Origin: Candidatus Micrarchaeota archaeon | GTDB taxonomy: Archaea > Micrarchaeota > Micrarchaeia > Norongarragalinales > SBBD01 | Assembly (NCBI GenBank): GCA_018819225.1 | Contig: JAHJQN010000004.1 | Span: forward strand, 685 to 64,684 | Direction of reading: 5' to 3' | Length of the DNA: 64,000 bases | Shown: one piece after another, positions 34,301 through 43,794 of the stretch | How the letters are laid out: the number at the start of each line of letters is the position of its first letter | How positions within the stretch are numbered: the first letter of the stretch is position 1 | The notes under the pieces: model-generated | The model's database searches: none | What the model was told of the DNA's origin: nothing | The model's input: the letters and a program-made list of their open reading frames with translations, nothing else | Position numbers and translations under genes: made by a program

Positions 34301-37300
34301 CCTCCGTCCAACGTAGTGAACCCGATATCCGTGTTCCGACACACGTAGTAATCGCAATCATCTTCCGGAGTACATTCCGTGTAATCGCCGGAGAGATGCT
34401 TCGTGGTGGTCGGCGGCATCGAGTCCACGCGATCGATTTCGTTGAAGATGCCTTCCGTGTTTCCGAGGGCGTCCTCACACGTAAACTCGATTTCGTGTAC
34501 GGAGTCTTCATCAAAGTTTATGACAATGGGCTCTTCTTCCGCGCCTTCCCATTCCGTCCAGTTGCCTTCATCCAATCTCCAGCGGTAGGAGAGGAGGACG
34601 TGGTCGACGGGATGCGGTCCGTTGTCATAACATTCCAGCGTGATGTTCGTGTCTTGCGTGATAAAGTAGTGGCAGTCGTCTCTCCCAAGTTCTTCTTCGC
34701 AGTTGAAAGAGGGTTCGCCCATGAACTTCAAGATTTGGGGCGCCTGCGTGTCTACAATATCTACTTCGTATTGATGTTCTTCCTCGTTTCCGAGCGCATC
34801 AATGCAGTAGTACTCGAGTTCGTGTCGCGAGTCTTGCGGGAACGTGAACGGCTCTTCGTACGTCATCCATTCCCCGTACTCGCCCTCGTTCACGCGGTAC
34901 CGGTAGTATAATTCGGTTTCATCCACGGGGTGCGGTTCCGGATCCTCGCACTCTAACTCGATTTCCGTGTTTTGCGTGATGTACCAGTCGCATTCTTCTT
35001 CGGGTTCGCATGCGTGTTTCGGGTCTCCCACTGTTTTTTCGGTGGAAGGCGCTTCCGAGTCCACGACATCGATTTCGAAGAAGCTGCCGGCCTTGTTTCC
35101 CAGGCTGTCCTCGCAATAGTATTCCACTTCATGCACGGAATCTTCCTGGAAGTAGAACGAGAATTGCTCATTTTCATCCATTCCCCATTCGCTCCATTCC
35201 TCCCATTCGTCTCCGAAGTCCTCTTTCCAGCGCATGCGCGAGTAAATCGCGACGTGGTCGACGGGATGCGGTTCTTCATCGATGCAATTGATTTCGATTT
35301 CCGTTTCTTGCGTCACATACCAATCGCAATCCTGGCCTTCTTCACAAGCCACTTTCGGTTCTCCCACGATCTTCGTGACGTTGGGCGCTTGCGTATCGAC
35401 AATATCGTATTCGTACTGGATCTCTTCTTGATTTCCAAGCGCATCCGAACAATAGTACTGCAACGTATGATACGAGTCTTCGGGGAACGTAAACGGATCC
35501 GTGTATGTCGTCCATTCCGTCCAGTTTTGGTCGTTCACTTGGTATCGGTAATATATTTCTTGGTGACCCACGGGGTGCGGTTCAGGGTCATTGCATTCCA
35601 TGGAGATTTCCGTGTTTTGCGTGATGTACCAGTCGCATTCTTCTTCGGGTTCGCATGCGTGTTTCGGGTCTCCCACTGTTTTTTCGGTGGAAGGCGCTTC
35701 CGAGTCCACGACATCGACTTCGAAGTAGTGTTCGCCTTCATTTCCTAACGCATCCACTGCGTAGTATTCGATGGTGTGGATGGAGTCTTCTTCAAACGAG
35801 AACGGTCCTTCGTAGGCCATCCATTCCGTCCACTCGCCTCCGTTGACATTGTATCGGTAGTATACAATACTGTGGTCAACGGGGTGCGGATCCGGGTCTG
35901 TCGCGTTGAACGTGATGGGCGTATATTGAGAAATATACCAGTCGCATTCTTCTTCTGGTTCGCATGCATGCTTGGGTTCGCCCACGGATTTCTCTACGGT
36001 GGGTCCAACCGTATCCACGATATCCACTTCGAATTGGTGTTCTTCCTCGTTTCCGAGCGCATCAATGCAATAGTACTCTAATGTGTGGTTCGAGTCCGTC
36101 GGGTATGTGAATGGCTCTTCGTACAACATCCATTCCGTAAATCCACCGTCATTCACATTATAGCGGTAATACGTTTCTTCCCTTCCAACGGGATGCGGCT
36201 GCGGATCGGAACAATCCAACGTAATCTCGGTTTCCGTGGTCATGTACCAGTCGCAGTATTCGCCTTCTTCGCATGCGTGTTTGGGTTCGCCCACTTCCTT
36301 TTCGGTTACCGGAGGCTGCGAATCCACGATATCGTATTCAAAGTACATGGGTCCCACGTTTCCGACGTAATCTACGGCATAATAGCGTAACAAATGCCAC
36401 GAGTCTTCGGCGTACGTGAATGGCTCTTCGTACAACATCCATTCCGTGCAATCCCCGCCTTCTTCCTCGCCGTCTCCTTCGATCACATTGAGGAATACGC
36501 AATACTTGTAGTAAATGGAGATTTCCTCGTTTTCGGCGTGTCCGAAGTCTGTTGCGTTAAATGAAATAGGGGTGCTTTGGTTGATGTACCAATCGCAGAT
36601 CGAATTCGGGCCGCATGCGACTTTCGGTTCGCCGACGGTCTTGTCGACAATGGGTGGTTCCGAATCCACTTTCTCGACTTGCACGTGCGTGTCTTCCTCG
36701 TTACCCAGCGCGTCCACGCAGTACCATTCGAGTTCGTGACGCGAATCCTCTTCGTACGTAAAGGGTGCTTCGTACTCGCGCCATTCGTTAAACTGGCCTT
36801 CATCGAGTTTCCAGTGGTAGTATATTCTTACGTCGTCGGACGGATGCGGTTCCGCGTCATCACAGAATAGAGAGATCGTGGTGCTTTGGTTGGTGTAGTA
36901 ATCGCAATCGTCTCCGGGTCCGCAAGGCGCGTTCGGCTCGCCCAATTCCTTGTAACTGACAGGAGCTTGCGTGTCCACGATATCGATTTCGAACATGTGT
37001 TCTTCTTCGTTCGTGCAGGAGTCAATGCTGTAGTACTCGATTTGGTGGATGCTGTCTTCGTTAAACTGGAATGGTGTCGTGTACAAATTCCATGCCGACC
37101 ACGTTCCCCAGTCGTCCGCGTAATCGTACTTCCATCGGATTCGGTAGTAAATCATTTCGTTGTTGGAATAGTTTCCATCCGCGGGAATGTAGTCGTTGGC
37201 ATCGAACGTGATCACGGTATCCTGCGTGACAAACCAGCATTCGTCGCCGCCATATTCGCATGCGACTTTCGGTTCGGAAACATTTTTGTCGGTGGTCGGC

Positions 37301-38307
37301 GGCACGGTGTCAATCATGAAGAATAACGGGAATTGCGTGTTGATTTTTCCCCAGTTTCCTGCCGCGTCTTCGGCGTGCAGCTTGAACGCATGCCCTCCTT
37401 CTTCCAGTTCTTGTTCCGTTGCATTAATGGTCGCGTTGGCGTAAGCGCAGAAGAAATTGTTCCACATGAAGTTGTTGCCAAGATCCATGGGGTATCCCCA
37501 TCCATTCGGAATATTGAAGTCGTCAATGAAGTATTCGGATCGGTTGATCAATGATTCCGAGTCGCACATTTTTGCGGAAATGTCTGCAGCCGTGCAAACC
37601 CAGTACGGAAGAACCACGTCCTGCGGGTTTTCAGGCGCGATTATGTCTACATCAAATGAATCCCATGCACAGTCTCCCCAAAGCTCTTCCGAGTTCATTC
37701 CTCGAACATATACAAAGTGGCGTCCGTCAGGAATAGATTCAAGATCAACGGGTCCTTCGTAAACGAACTCGATCAAGTTGTCCAGATCGTAGCTCCCGTC
37801 GTCCATCGGGTAGATGCCGGCGCCGGTTCCCGGAACGCCGCACTCATCAATATAGTATTCGCCGTGCGCAATCGGGCACGCGTCATCCTCAATAAGGGCT
37901 TCGATGTAAATAATGCCGTTCGTGGGATCGGGGTAAACGGAAACAAACGTCACAACGGGTCCGTCTTCACATTCTCCGGTCAAGGGAAGCTGTTCTCCTC
38001 CGCCTAATGAACTGATATCGAATCCGCTTGCCTTCACTTCTTGCGATGGAATGGTGCTCGATATCACGTCGCCGACTTCCCGGTCTTCTACGACTTCCGG
38101 GGTTTCTTCCAAGATGGCGATTTCTTTTACGATATCTTGCGAGGTATCGATGTTTAGATCCAATGCCAGCGAATCGCTCAAGTCGGGGGAAGTGGTCGAG
38201 CTGACGCTAAGCAATGTCGCGGCGATTAATAGAAACAAGTGGATATGGTATTCGGCAATCAGGTTTCCGAACGTGTTCATTGCATTGCTCTTCATGTTTC
38301 GTTTCAT
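31312..38307 (-). CDS. Giant surface protein or adhesin: vWA domain, more than 10 tandem ~107-aa repeats, FN3-like module, C-terminal TM anchor
   Basis: 2331 aa. N-terminal hydrophobic signal. Repeat unit VGEPKHACEPEEECDWY..HPVDH..YYRY..G.W.EW..YE.PF.F.EDS.H.LEYY..DALGNEE. vWA MIDAS-like DVLFALDLTGSMGDE. C-terminal TM followed by KKKEKKAKKK. Confidence 0.85.
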   Translation of the reverse strand: MKRNMKSNAMNTFGNLIAEYHIHLFLLIAATLLSVSSTTSPDLSDSLALDLNIDTSQDIVKEIAILEETPEVVEDREVGDVISSTIPSQEVKASGFDISSLGGGEQLPLTGECEDGPVVTFVSVYPDPTNGIIYIEALIEDDACPIAHGEYYIDECGVPGTGAGIYPMDDGSYDLDNLIEFVYEGPVDLESIPDGRHFVYVRGMNSEELWGDCAWDSFDVDIIAPENPQDVVLPYWVCTAADISAKMCDSESLINRSEYFIDDFNIPNGWGYPMDLGNNFMWNNFFCAYANATINATEQELEEGGHAFKLHAEDAAGNWGKINTQFPLFFMIDTVPPTTDKNVSEPKVACEYGGDECWFVTQDTVITFDANDYIPADGNYSNNEMIYYRIRWKYDYADDWGTWSAWNLYTTPFQFNEDSIHQIEYYSIDSCTNEEEHMFEIDIVDTQAPVSYKELGEPNAPCGPGDDCDYYTNQSTTISLFCDDAEPHPSDDVRIYYHWKLDEGQFNEWREYEAPFTYEEDSRHELEWYCVDALGNEEDTHVQVEKVDSEPPIVDKTVGEPKVACGPNSICDWYINQSTPISFNATDFGHAENEEISIYYKYCVFLNVIEGDGEEEGGDCTEWMLYEEPFTYAEDSWHLLRYYAVDYVGNVGPMYFEYDIVDSQPPVTEKEVGEPKHACEEGEYCDWYMTTETEITLDCSDPQPHPVGREETYYRYNVNDGGFTEWMLYEEPFTYPTDSNHTLEYYCIDALGNEEEHQFEVDIVDTVGPTVEKSVGEPKHACEPEEECDWYISQYTPITFNATDPDPHPVDHSIVYYRYNVNGGEWTEWMAYEGPFSFEEDSIHTIEYYAVDALGNEGEHYFEVDVVDSEAPSTEKTVGDPKHACEPEEECDWYITQNTEISMECNDPEPHPVGHQEIYYRYQVNDQNWTEWTTYTDPFTFPEDSYHTLQYYCSDALGNQEEIQYEYDIVDTQAPNVTKIVGEPKVACEEGQDCDWYVTQETEIEINCIDEEPHPVDHVAIYSRMRWKEDFGDEWEEWSEWGMDENEQFSFYFQEDSVHEVEYYCEDSLGNKAGSFFEIDVVDSEAPSTEKTVGDPKHACEPEEECDWYITQNTEIELECEDPEPHPVDETELYYRYRVNEGEYGEWMTYEEPFTFPQDSRHELEYYCIDALGNEEEHQYEVDIVDTQAPQILKFMGEPSFNCEEELGRDDCHYFITQDTNITLECYDNGPHPVDHVLLSYRWRLDEGNWTEWEGAEEEPIVINFDEDSVHEIEFTCEDALGNTEGIFNEIDRVDSMPPTTTKHLSGDYTECTPEDDCDYYVCRNTDIGFTTLDGGAICHIDNATTYYRYRKNNGPWHGWYEYDAESNFSFHDKHQGVYEFEYYSEDLLGNYEMIQNETDYFDKEKPRAWVLNPTSGRWYHDGEVFSVYAPAYDEGNPVSGFNECTFYAIDIFFEELNGDELAYVMWMLNHGYEIYDLLDYLGDRYLMVPLGTVPYSDGVCDGTLQIPEDSGLTDKAYLVIDISDRSCNRLYAIAQDAENDPIVMDIDNEPPFVILTDTEGLDGPISTNDYFVAYLEATDPDSALLQCSGEIVQSECGEEEGYDPIFTENTVEAWLYPGENVHEEKNVTTNSTPITAIDVLFALDLTGSMGDELDEVKGSALDIMDAISLLVDDSMFGAASFMDYPHQYIDDEGSNCGYSATYGDPEEGDYSYMLDEAITGDTSAVSDAINDLNLGSGYDSPESYTRALYEAQFAGFRDTAKKIVIMFGDDVPHDCGFNGYSTGKDPGRDEIVDTEDDLDFEEVVGQLATNKLSVISVFSGEDPNAWQYMSDQTGGQYFDLNDSSQIPEVIVASIENETAVIDEVYVEIQPGYADWVTWTPFNYENVTGNQTLFFEFWFEVPEGTEPGDYIFWIRILGDGAILREQLITIHVLDECLEEPQHFNFAGEILTDHTCKVFGDVRVGLWDGSHTLWLYAMDMEYNRGNTSTTMMVDNTPPDKMIISPVYGETYGEVIPIALDVSDVSGVLADTVQYRIYEDINTLLGGTPIGNETTYDSDWRTIPLLEGDMFEGIYGEDFNALEEGLENGITYYLRSRACDILFEGDLPPDDDIPPHCTDPELEFIIDLQGPNGPTNVIISGDEVSWTPATDPSGIDYYKVFVNDGYVGMTEETSFDTGGVEGTWSVSAVDAVGNVGEKIVAQAPGTPPPANNQGSSGSSGSYSSGYVAQPPAENQEPVEVEEKERPASPTEVEEKNEWTVIPAEEVIEETVPTESSSGQELEMESDEETSSLTGLFAGRLFPWEYGLAVLGLIALAFLFVLGGKKKEKKAKKK

Positions 38308-38703
38308 GCGACTTCACCCCGAAGTAGAATCTCGTGAGAATTAGGACGTGAAACAAACGCCAGCGTAATGGAATAAAAATAATCTGCATTTGAAAAATTC
38401 GTATTCGTTAAGGAAAAATGAAAATCAGGTTCATCGGATCGCGAATCTGGTGGGGTTTCCCATTCACATGGGCCCTCAGTAGTATCTTCCACGTTGTTCA
38501 ACCGATCCCCCCTTAAAAAAAGTAAACGTCATTTATCCACAAAGATATAAAAACGTTTTGATAACTGGATGGTAGTAACATTCAGTGAAAATTGAAGTCT
38601 GTGCTTTTGAGTTATATCACTCAGAGTACTGACTAGTATTCATAAAATGAGAAAAAATAGATTTGGGAACGACAAATCCGCTCCCATTAAAAAAATAAAA
38701 AAA

Positions 38704-40386
38704 TTATTTTCCTTTCTTTCCGTTCATTCCCGCTAACGGTAACCAGCTCGAGCGGAACGCGTACAACAACGCGAGGATGATTACGATGAACGCTCCCCAG
38801 AGCGGCTGCAAGTTCGCAGTAAACAATCCGGTGGCGCTACTCGGTTGAGGTTCCGGGCTTGCCGTTGCTTCTTCCGTCGGAATTGGTGTAGCCGTTGCGA
38901 TGGGTGTTGCCGTAGGCGTTGCAGACGGTTGTCCTGCGGTACCCTCATCTTCTACGGGTGCCGTCGTGGGTTCCGGCGTGACCTCCGGGGTCGGCTCAGG
39001 AGTGCCCGTGATGACAAGTTCTTCAGGCTCAGGTGTAGCCGAAGGACGCAGGAACGGGTCGCCAGTTCCGCCATTGCTTCCGCCACCTCCCGGAGGGGGC
39101 GTGGGTTCTTGAGGCGGATTGAAGGAAAGCGTTTCCGCGTCTCCTGAAATCTCGTCTTCGTCTTCCGCGTGCATGTCGATCAAACCGATGTCGTTGTATT
39201 TGATGGTGAACATCGCTACGCCGTCAATGAACTCGAGATCGGTTTCCAATTCCTGAACCGTATTCAAGTACAGCGCAGCAGGCGTTTGAACGTTGATAGA
39301 TAATGTGGCCATTCCGTTGAAGTCCTCTACGGTTTGATCCTCGTCGTTTTGGGCGTACACTATCACATCAAAAATCGCGTACACTAGAGTACTTTCCGGA
39401 GCGTCGATGAAGTAGTGGTCCAAGTGTCCCATCGTCTGATAGGCCTCGTACCAATGACTTTCCTCGTTTCCGACGTTATCCACGGAATAAAACTCGAGAT
39501 CGTGCCATCCGGAAATATACTCCTCGAGCGTGAACGGAATGGAGTATGTCCTCCATTCGCCTTCATCCACGCGGTAGTAAATCGCGGCAACACCGGAAGC
39601 AGGGCTTCCCTGATCTTCGGCGCTGAATGAAATCTCTTCGTCTTCAAGGAACGGAGAACCCGGTGCATCGATCGCGGTAATCGGAGGCAAGTGGTCTACG
39701 CAAGCCGTGCTTTCCTTGGGTACTTCCACGTTATCCGCCATGTCGACGGAGAAATAGCACACGGTCTGGCAGCCCGCATTCTCCAAATAGAACGCTGCAC
39801 TGTATTCGTTCCAATCATCGGGCTCCACGGTTTCACACGCCTCGCCTGAATTCCAGTACGAGGCTTGTGCGCCCGACACATCATCGACTTCGAGAGTCAA
39901 CGGCGTGCTCGAGCTGATAAATTGATTCGGTTCCTCATAATAGTTAGGGAACCCATATACAATAGAGGTATCCGGGGCCGTGTCGTCCAAATAGACGGGC
40001 GTGACCAAGCTGTACTGCAATCCGCTGATCGGATATTCGCCGCCTTGTCCTTCCCCATCGCCTTCATATGGTTCTGCGATTTCATATCCTTGTACTGCAA
40101 GGGTGTAGGGTCCTTCATCAAAACCCGTTGTATCCCAGCTGCAACTGTAATCCGTAATCCCGGTACATCCTTCCACTGCATAGAAGTCTTCAGGGAACGA
40201 ATCACAAATCGCGGTATTCGAGCACCAGAATACCGAGAACTTGGGTTTTACACTCGACCAAGAGATCGAAACCACGTCTCCCGTATTCCACGCTTCCCCG
40301 CTTTGAGGCGTATTAATACTGACTACAATGGCGGAGGCCATTGAAATGGCGAGCGCCAATACCACTAATGCTGCAACATATTTCAT
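38704..40386 (-). CDS. Surface protein with the same repeat type, a Pro/Thr-rich stalk and a C-terminal TM anchor
   Basis: I prefer the start at MKYVAALVVLALAISMASA (ATG at 40386) over the ORF-track start at 40479. Contains a PT-rich linker and a terminal hydrophobic helix. Confidence 0.75.
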   Translation of the reverse strand: MKYVAALVVLALAISMASAIVVSINTPQSGEAWNTGDVVSISWSSVKPKFSVFWCSNTAICDSFPEDFYAVEGCTGITDYSCSWDTTGFDEGPYTLAVQGYEIAEPYEGDGEGQGGEYPISGLQYSLVTPVYLDDTAPDTSIVYGFPNYYEEPNQFISSSTPLTLEVDDVSGAQASYWNSGEACETVEPDDWNEYSAAFYLENAGCQTVCYFSVDMADNVEVPKESTACVDHLPPITAIDAPGSPFLEDEEISFSAEDQGSPASGVAAIYYRVDEGEWRTYSIPFTLEEYISGWHDLEFYSVDNVGNEESHWYEAYQTMGHLDHYFIDAPESTLVYAIFDVIVYAQNDEDQTVEDFNGMATLSINVQTPAALYLNTVQELETDLEFIDGVAMFTIKYNDIGLIDMHAEDEDEISGDAETLSFNPPQEPTPPPGGGGSNGGTGDPFLRPSATPEPEELVITGTPEPTPEVTPEPTTAPVEDEGTAGQPSATPTATPIATATPIPTEEATASPEPQPSSATGLFTANLQPLWGAFIVIILALLYAFRSSWLPLAGMNGKKGK

Positions 40387-40673
40387 ATCGATACCACCTT
40401 GAGTAATCTTTTTTTTATTATCATTTGACCATGATTCACGGATAGCCCGAGCTGCAATTTTCTTACCCATTATTTTCAACCCCTTGATCGCCAGCCATGG
40501 CGGATTCAGTGAAAGATCACCAGAAAAAACAAAGGCATCCGCGCTGGTCCAATTTGTGCCTCCTGCACTGTAGTAACATTTAGATCTAACTATATAAACA
40601 TTTGCTTAGGCGGAAAATAATAGAGGCGCGCGGGTTTATTAAGCCCGTTTGCGAAAACCACTCGATAGCGGGT

Positions 40674-42143
40674 ATGAACGAGTTAGGGCGATCCATACTA
40701 GCGGCGTTGAACCATCAGGACGAACCAATGGAAGCCGGTTCCTTGGCCTCTAAAGTGCACGCGGATCCTCATGCCGTAATGAGCGCTCTGGAATCCTTAA
40801 AACTCGAGGGACTCGTTACCCTGGAACAAGGAAAGGAACGCAGCAAAACCATTTGGTTGAACGCGGAAGGAATGTCCTATTACAAGGAGGCGACCCCGGA
40901 ACGGCGACTCGCCAACGTGATAAAAAAAGGCGGAAAAATCGAATTGAAAGAGGCGTTGGATCTCGCCAGGCTTTCGGGTCACGAGAAAAACGTGGCATTT
41001 CGTTGGGCGGCTGAAGAAGAACTTCTTAAGTTTGAACGGGACGGCCAACAGACGGTTCTGCGATTCATTAGTGACAAGCGTACGCTGACCGAGCAGGCAT
41101 TGGATTCACTGGCCGATCTGAAAGTCGATGAAAAAGCATTATCTACCGATATCGTATCCAACCTGCGAAAACGCCATCTATTAGAGGAAAAAGAGTCGCC
41201 GAAAACCGTTTTTGTATCGATTACTGAGAACGGAACGCGGTTATTGCGCGCGGGCGTCAAGAAGTTAGTCACCCAACTTTCTCCGCACATGTTGAAAGAT
41301 GGTAGTTGGCGCAAGGCGCGTTTCCAGGATTATGATTTGAAGACCGTTGTCACGTCGCTTCAGGCAGGCAAACGCCATTCCTATTTACGTTTCATTCGCG
41401 AAATCAAGGATGCGCTTATTTCCATGGGATTTCAGGAATCCGATGGCCCGATTGCCGAACTGGAATTCTGGAACATGGACGTCTTATTCATGCCGCAGGA
41501 TCATCCGGCCCGCGACATTCACGACGTGTTCCACTTGGATTTGCCTCCCGGAAAAGTTTCTGATGAAAAACTCTGGGCACGGGTTCAACGGGCCCATGAA
41601 AAAGGGCTGAATGGTTCGCGAGGCTGGGGCTATGAATGGAACCAGCGTTTCGCCCGCCGTATCGTGCTTCGCTCTCAGACCACGACCGTAAGCGCCCGAG
41701 CGCTTTCCAAGAAAATGACCCCTCCCTTACGCGTATTTTGCATCGGCCGCGTGTTCCGTCCGGATCAAATCGATTGGAAGCATTTCATTGAATTCAATCA
41801 ATGCGAGGGCATCGTAGCCGACGAGAACATGAATTTCCGCGAATTATTGGGTTATTTGAAAACATTTGCCGTCGAGGTGTTCGGAGCGGAAGCCGTGCGT
41901 TTCGTGCCCAGTTACTTCCCGTTCACCGAGCCTTCCGTCGAAATGTACGCGAAGGTTCAAGGAAAATGGACGGAAGTGGGTGGGGCAGGGATGTTTCGGC
42001 CGGAGATGTTAGCCGCACTGCAGTGCGATGTACCGGTGCTTGCTTGGGGTTTGGGCTTGGATCGTCTTGCGATGAAGAAGCTGGGGGTTACGGATATTCG
42101 TGAATTGTTTTCTCAGGACTTGAATTACTTGAGGGGCGTTTGA
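40674..42143 (+). CDS. pheS: Phenylalanine--tRNA ligase alpha subunit (archaeal type)
   Basis: Class II core motifs (FMPQDHPARD, LRSQTT, FRPD, GAGMFRPE). I prefer the ATG at 40674 (MNELGRS) as the start. Confidence 0.9.
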   Translation: MNELGRSILAALNHQDEPMEAGSLASKVHADPHAVMSALESLKLEGLVTLEQGKERSKTIWLNAEGMSYYKEATPERRLANVIKKGGKIELKEALDLARLSGHEKNVAFRWAAEEELLKFERDGQQTVLRFISDKRTLTEQALDSLADLKVDEKALSTDIVSNLRKRHLLEEKESPKTVFVSITENGTRLLRAGVKKLVTQLSPHMLKDGSWRKARFQDYDLKTVVTSLQAGKRHSYLRFIREIKDALISMGFQESDGPIAELEFWNMDVLFMPQDHPARDIHDVFHLDLPPGKVSDEKLWARVQRAHEKGLNGSRGWGYEWNQRFARRIVLRSQTTTVSARALSKKMTPPLRVFCIGRVFRPDQIDWKHFIEFNQCEGIVADENMNFRELLGYLKTFAVEVFGAEAVRFVPSYFPFTEPSVEMYAKVQGKWTEVGGAGMFRPEMLAALQCDVPVLAWGLGLDRLAMKKLGVTDIRELFSQDLNYLRGV

Positions 42144-43790
42144 ATGGTTTCGGTGACCGTCAAAAAAGCGTATTTGTTGGGGCTTTTGAATAAAAAAGTG
42201 AGGGATGCGGAGCTGGAGGAAGCGCTTTTTCAAGTCAAAGCAGGTTCCGATGATGTTTCCGGGGAAGAACTTTCGTTGGAGGTCACGGGGGATCGCCCGG
42301 ATTTGCTCTCTGCGGAGGGAGTGGCCCGCGCACTCAAGGGGTATTTCGGGGTGGAAAAAGGAATCCCTTCCCTTAAACTGGGCCGAAGCGACGTCAGCAT
42401 TCACGTGGAAAAGGAGGCAGCCGCGATACGACCGTATTTGGTGGGCGCCGTTATCGAACATGCCTCGTTGTCTGAAGAGGATGTCGTGGACTTGTTTCAA
42501 ATGCAGGAAAAACTGGATATGACTCATGGCCGCAAACGCCGGAAAATCTCGATCGGTTTGTATGATATGCGTATTCTGAAACCCCCGTTTTATTTCCGTG
42601 CATTTGCGCCGGATTCCATTCATTTTATTCCTCTCAAATCGGATAGAAAAATGACGTTAAAACAGATTTTGGAACATCATGACAAGGGTAAGGCTTACGC
42701 GCACTTGGTTAACGCGCATAAAAAATATCCGTGCTTGGTGGATGCGGACAAGGAAGTCCTTTCACTGGTACCCGTCATTAACGGCATTTCGACATCGGTT
42801 ACCGCGAAAAGCAACCGCATTTTTATCGATCATACGGGTTCCGACCTTCCGGCCATGAACGCATCATTGAACATGTTATGCCAGTATTTTGCAGACCGCG
42901 GAGCCTCCGTGAAAACCGTGGACGTCATCTATCCAAAACACAAGCTGACCACGCCGAATCCCACTCCTCAAAAAATGAATGCATCGATTCCGGGAATCAA
43001 TCGCATGCTTGGAACGGATTTGTCGTCGAAGCGTATGATTTCGTGTTTGGAACGCCAACGCATATCCGCATCCGTTACCGGAACCCAGTTGCATTGCCGG
43101 ATTCCGGCGTACCGGGCGGACTTTATGCATCCCGTGGACTTGATTGAAGAAGTCGCGATGGGTTATGGCTACAACGCGTTTGAAGTCAAACGCCCCAGTA
43201 TTTTCACGAAAGGATCGATTTCCGAAACCACGCGTTTAACCGATTCGTTAGAGGACGTCATGATCGGTTACGGATTCCAGCAAGTGGCCACGTACATCAC
43301 GACGAAATCCGCCCAGTCTCAAAAAACGCATTCCGACGTACCGGGAATTCGCATCCTTAATCCCGTTAGTGAAGAATATTCTTCGGTTCGAAGCCGCTTG
43401 TTGCCAAATATGATGGACGTCCTTTCAAAGAATACGCATGCGTCATACCCTCAGAAGTTGTTTGAGATTGGAGAGGTGGTCGTCGCCGACGTTTCTGCCG
43501 AGACCAAGACGCGTAACGAGCTTCGTTTATGCGCGGTGAGCGCGCATTCGGAAGCGCATTTGACGGAATCCGCATCCGTGTTGGGAGCGATTATGCAGGT
43601 TTTGGATCGCGCGTTCCGTCTCGAACGATTCAATCAATTGCCGTTTCTGGAGGGGCGCGGCGCCACCATCGTCGAGTCGTTGACGGGGACTTCCCGGATT
43701 ACGGGTCGGGTGGGTGAGCTGCACCCGCGCGTTCTCGAATCGTTTCACATCGAGGTGCCGGTAGCCGTTTTTGAGGTTCGGGTGAAGTAA
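42144..43790 (+). CDS. pheT: Phenylalanine--tRNA ligase beta subunit (archaeal type)
   Basis: 548 aa, directly abutting pheS. Its size and B3/4-B5-like regions are typical of archaeal PheT. Confidence 0.85.
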   Translation: MVSVTVKKAYLLGLLNKKVRDAELEEALFQVKAGSDDVSGEELSLEVTGDRPDLLSAEGVARALKGYFGVEKGIPSLKLGRSDVSIHVEKEAAAIRPYLVGAVIEHASLSEEDVVDLFQMQEKLDMTHGRKRRKISIGLYDMRILKPPFYFRAFAPDSIHFIPLKSDRKMTLKQILEHHDKGKAYAHLVNAHKKYPCLVDADKEVLSLVPVINGISTSVTAKSNRIFIDHTGSDLPAMNASLNMLCQYFADRGASVKTVDVIYPKHKLTTPNPTPQKMNASIPGINRMLGTDLSSKRMISCLERQRISASVTGTQLHCRIPAYRADFMHPVDLIEEVAMGYGYNAFEVKRPSIFTKGSISETTRLTDSLEDVMIGYGFQQVATYITTKSAQSQKTHSDVPGIRILNPVSEEYSSVRSRLLPNMMDVLSKNTHASYPQKLFEIGEVVVADVSAETKTRNELRLCAVSAHSEAHLTESASVLGAIMQVLDRAFRLERFNQLPFLEGRGATIVESLTGTSRITGRVGELHPRVLESFHIEVPVAVFEVRVK

Positions 43791-43794
43791 TCCG

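Noticed and set aside
33895-36390. Long + strand ORFs (338, 258, 101 aa and others) inside the giant adhesin gene
   Set aside because: These are shadow ORFs antisense to a 2331-aa gene with clear domain structure. Their repetitive low-complexity translations mirror the sense-strand repeats.
27485-40479. Diversity-generating retroelement acting on the surface proteins
   Set aside because: No reverse transcriptase gene and no template/variable repeat pair with adenine-specific mismatches was seen. The only near-identical repeat (121 bp) differs by a T/C change and lies within one gene.
42009-42623. 204-aa minus-strand ORF spanning the pheS/pheT junction
   Set aside because: It is antisense to two well-supported aminoacyl-tRNA synthetase subunit genes.
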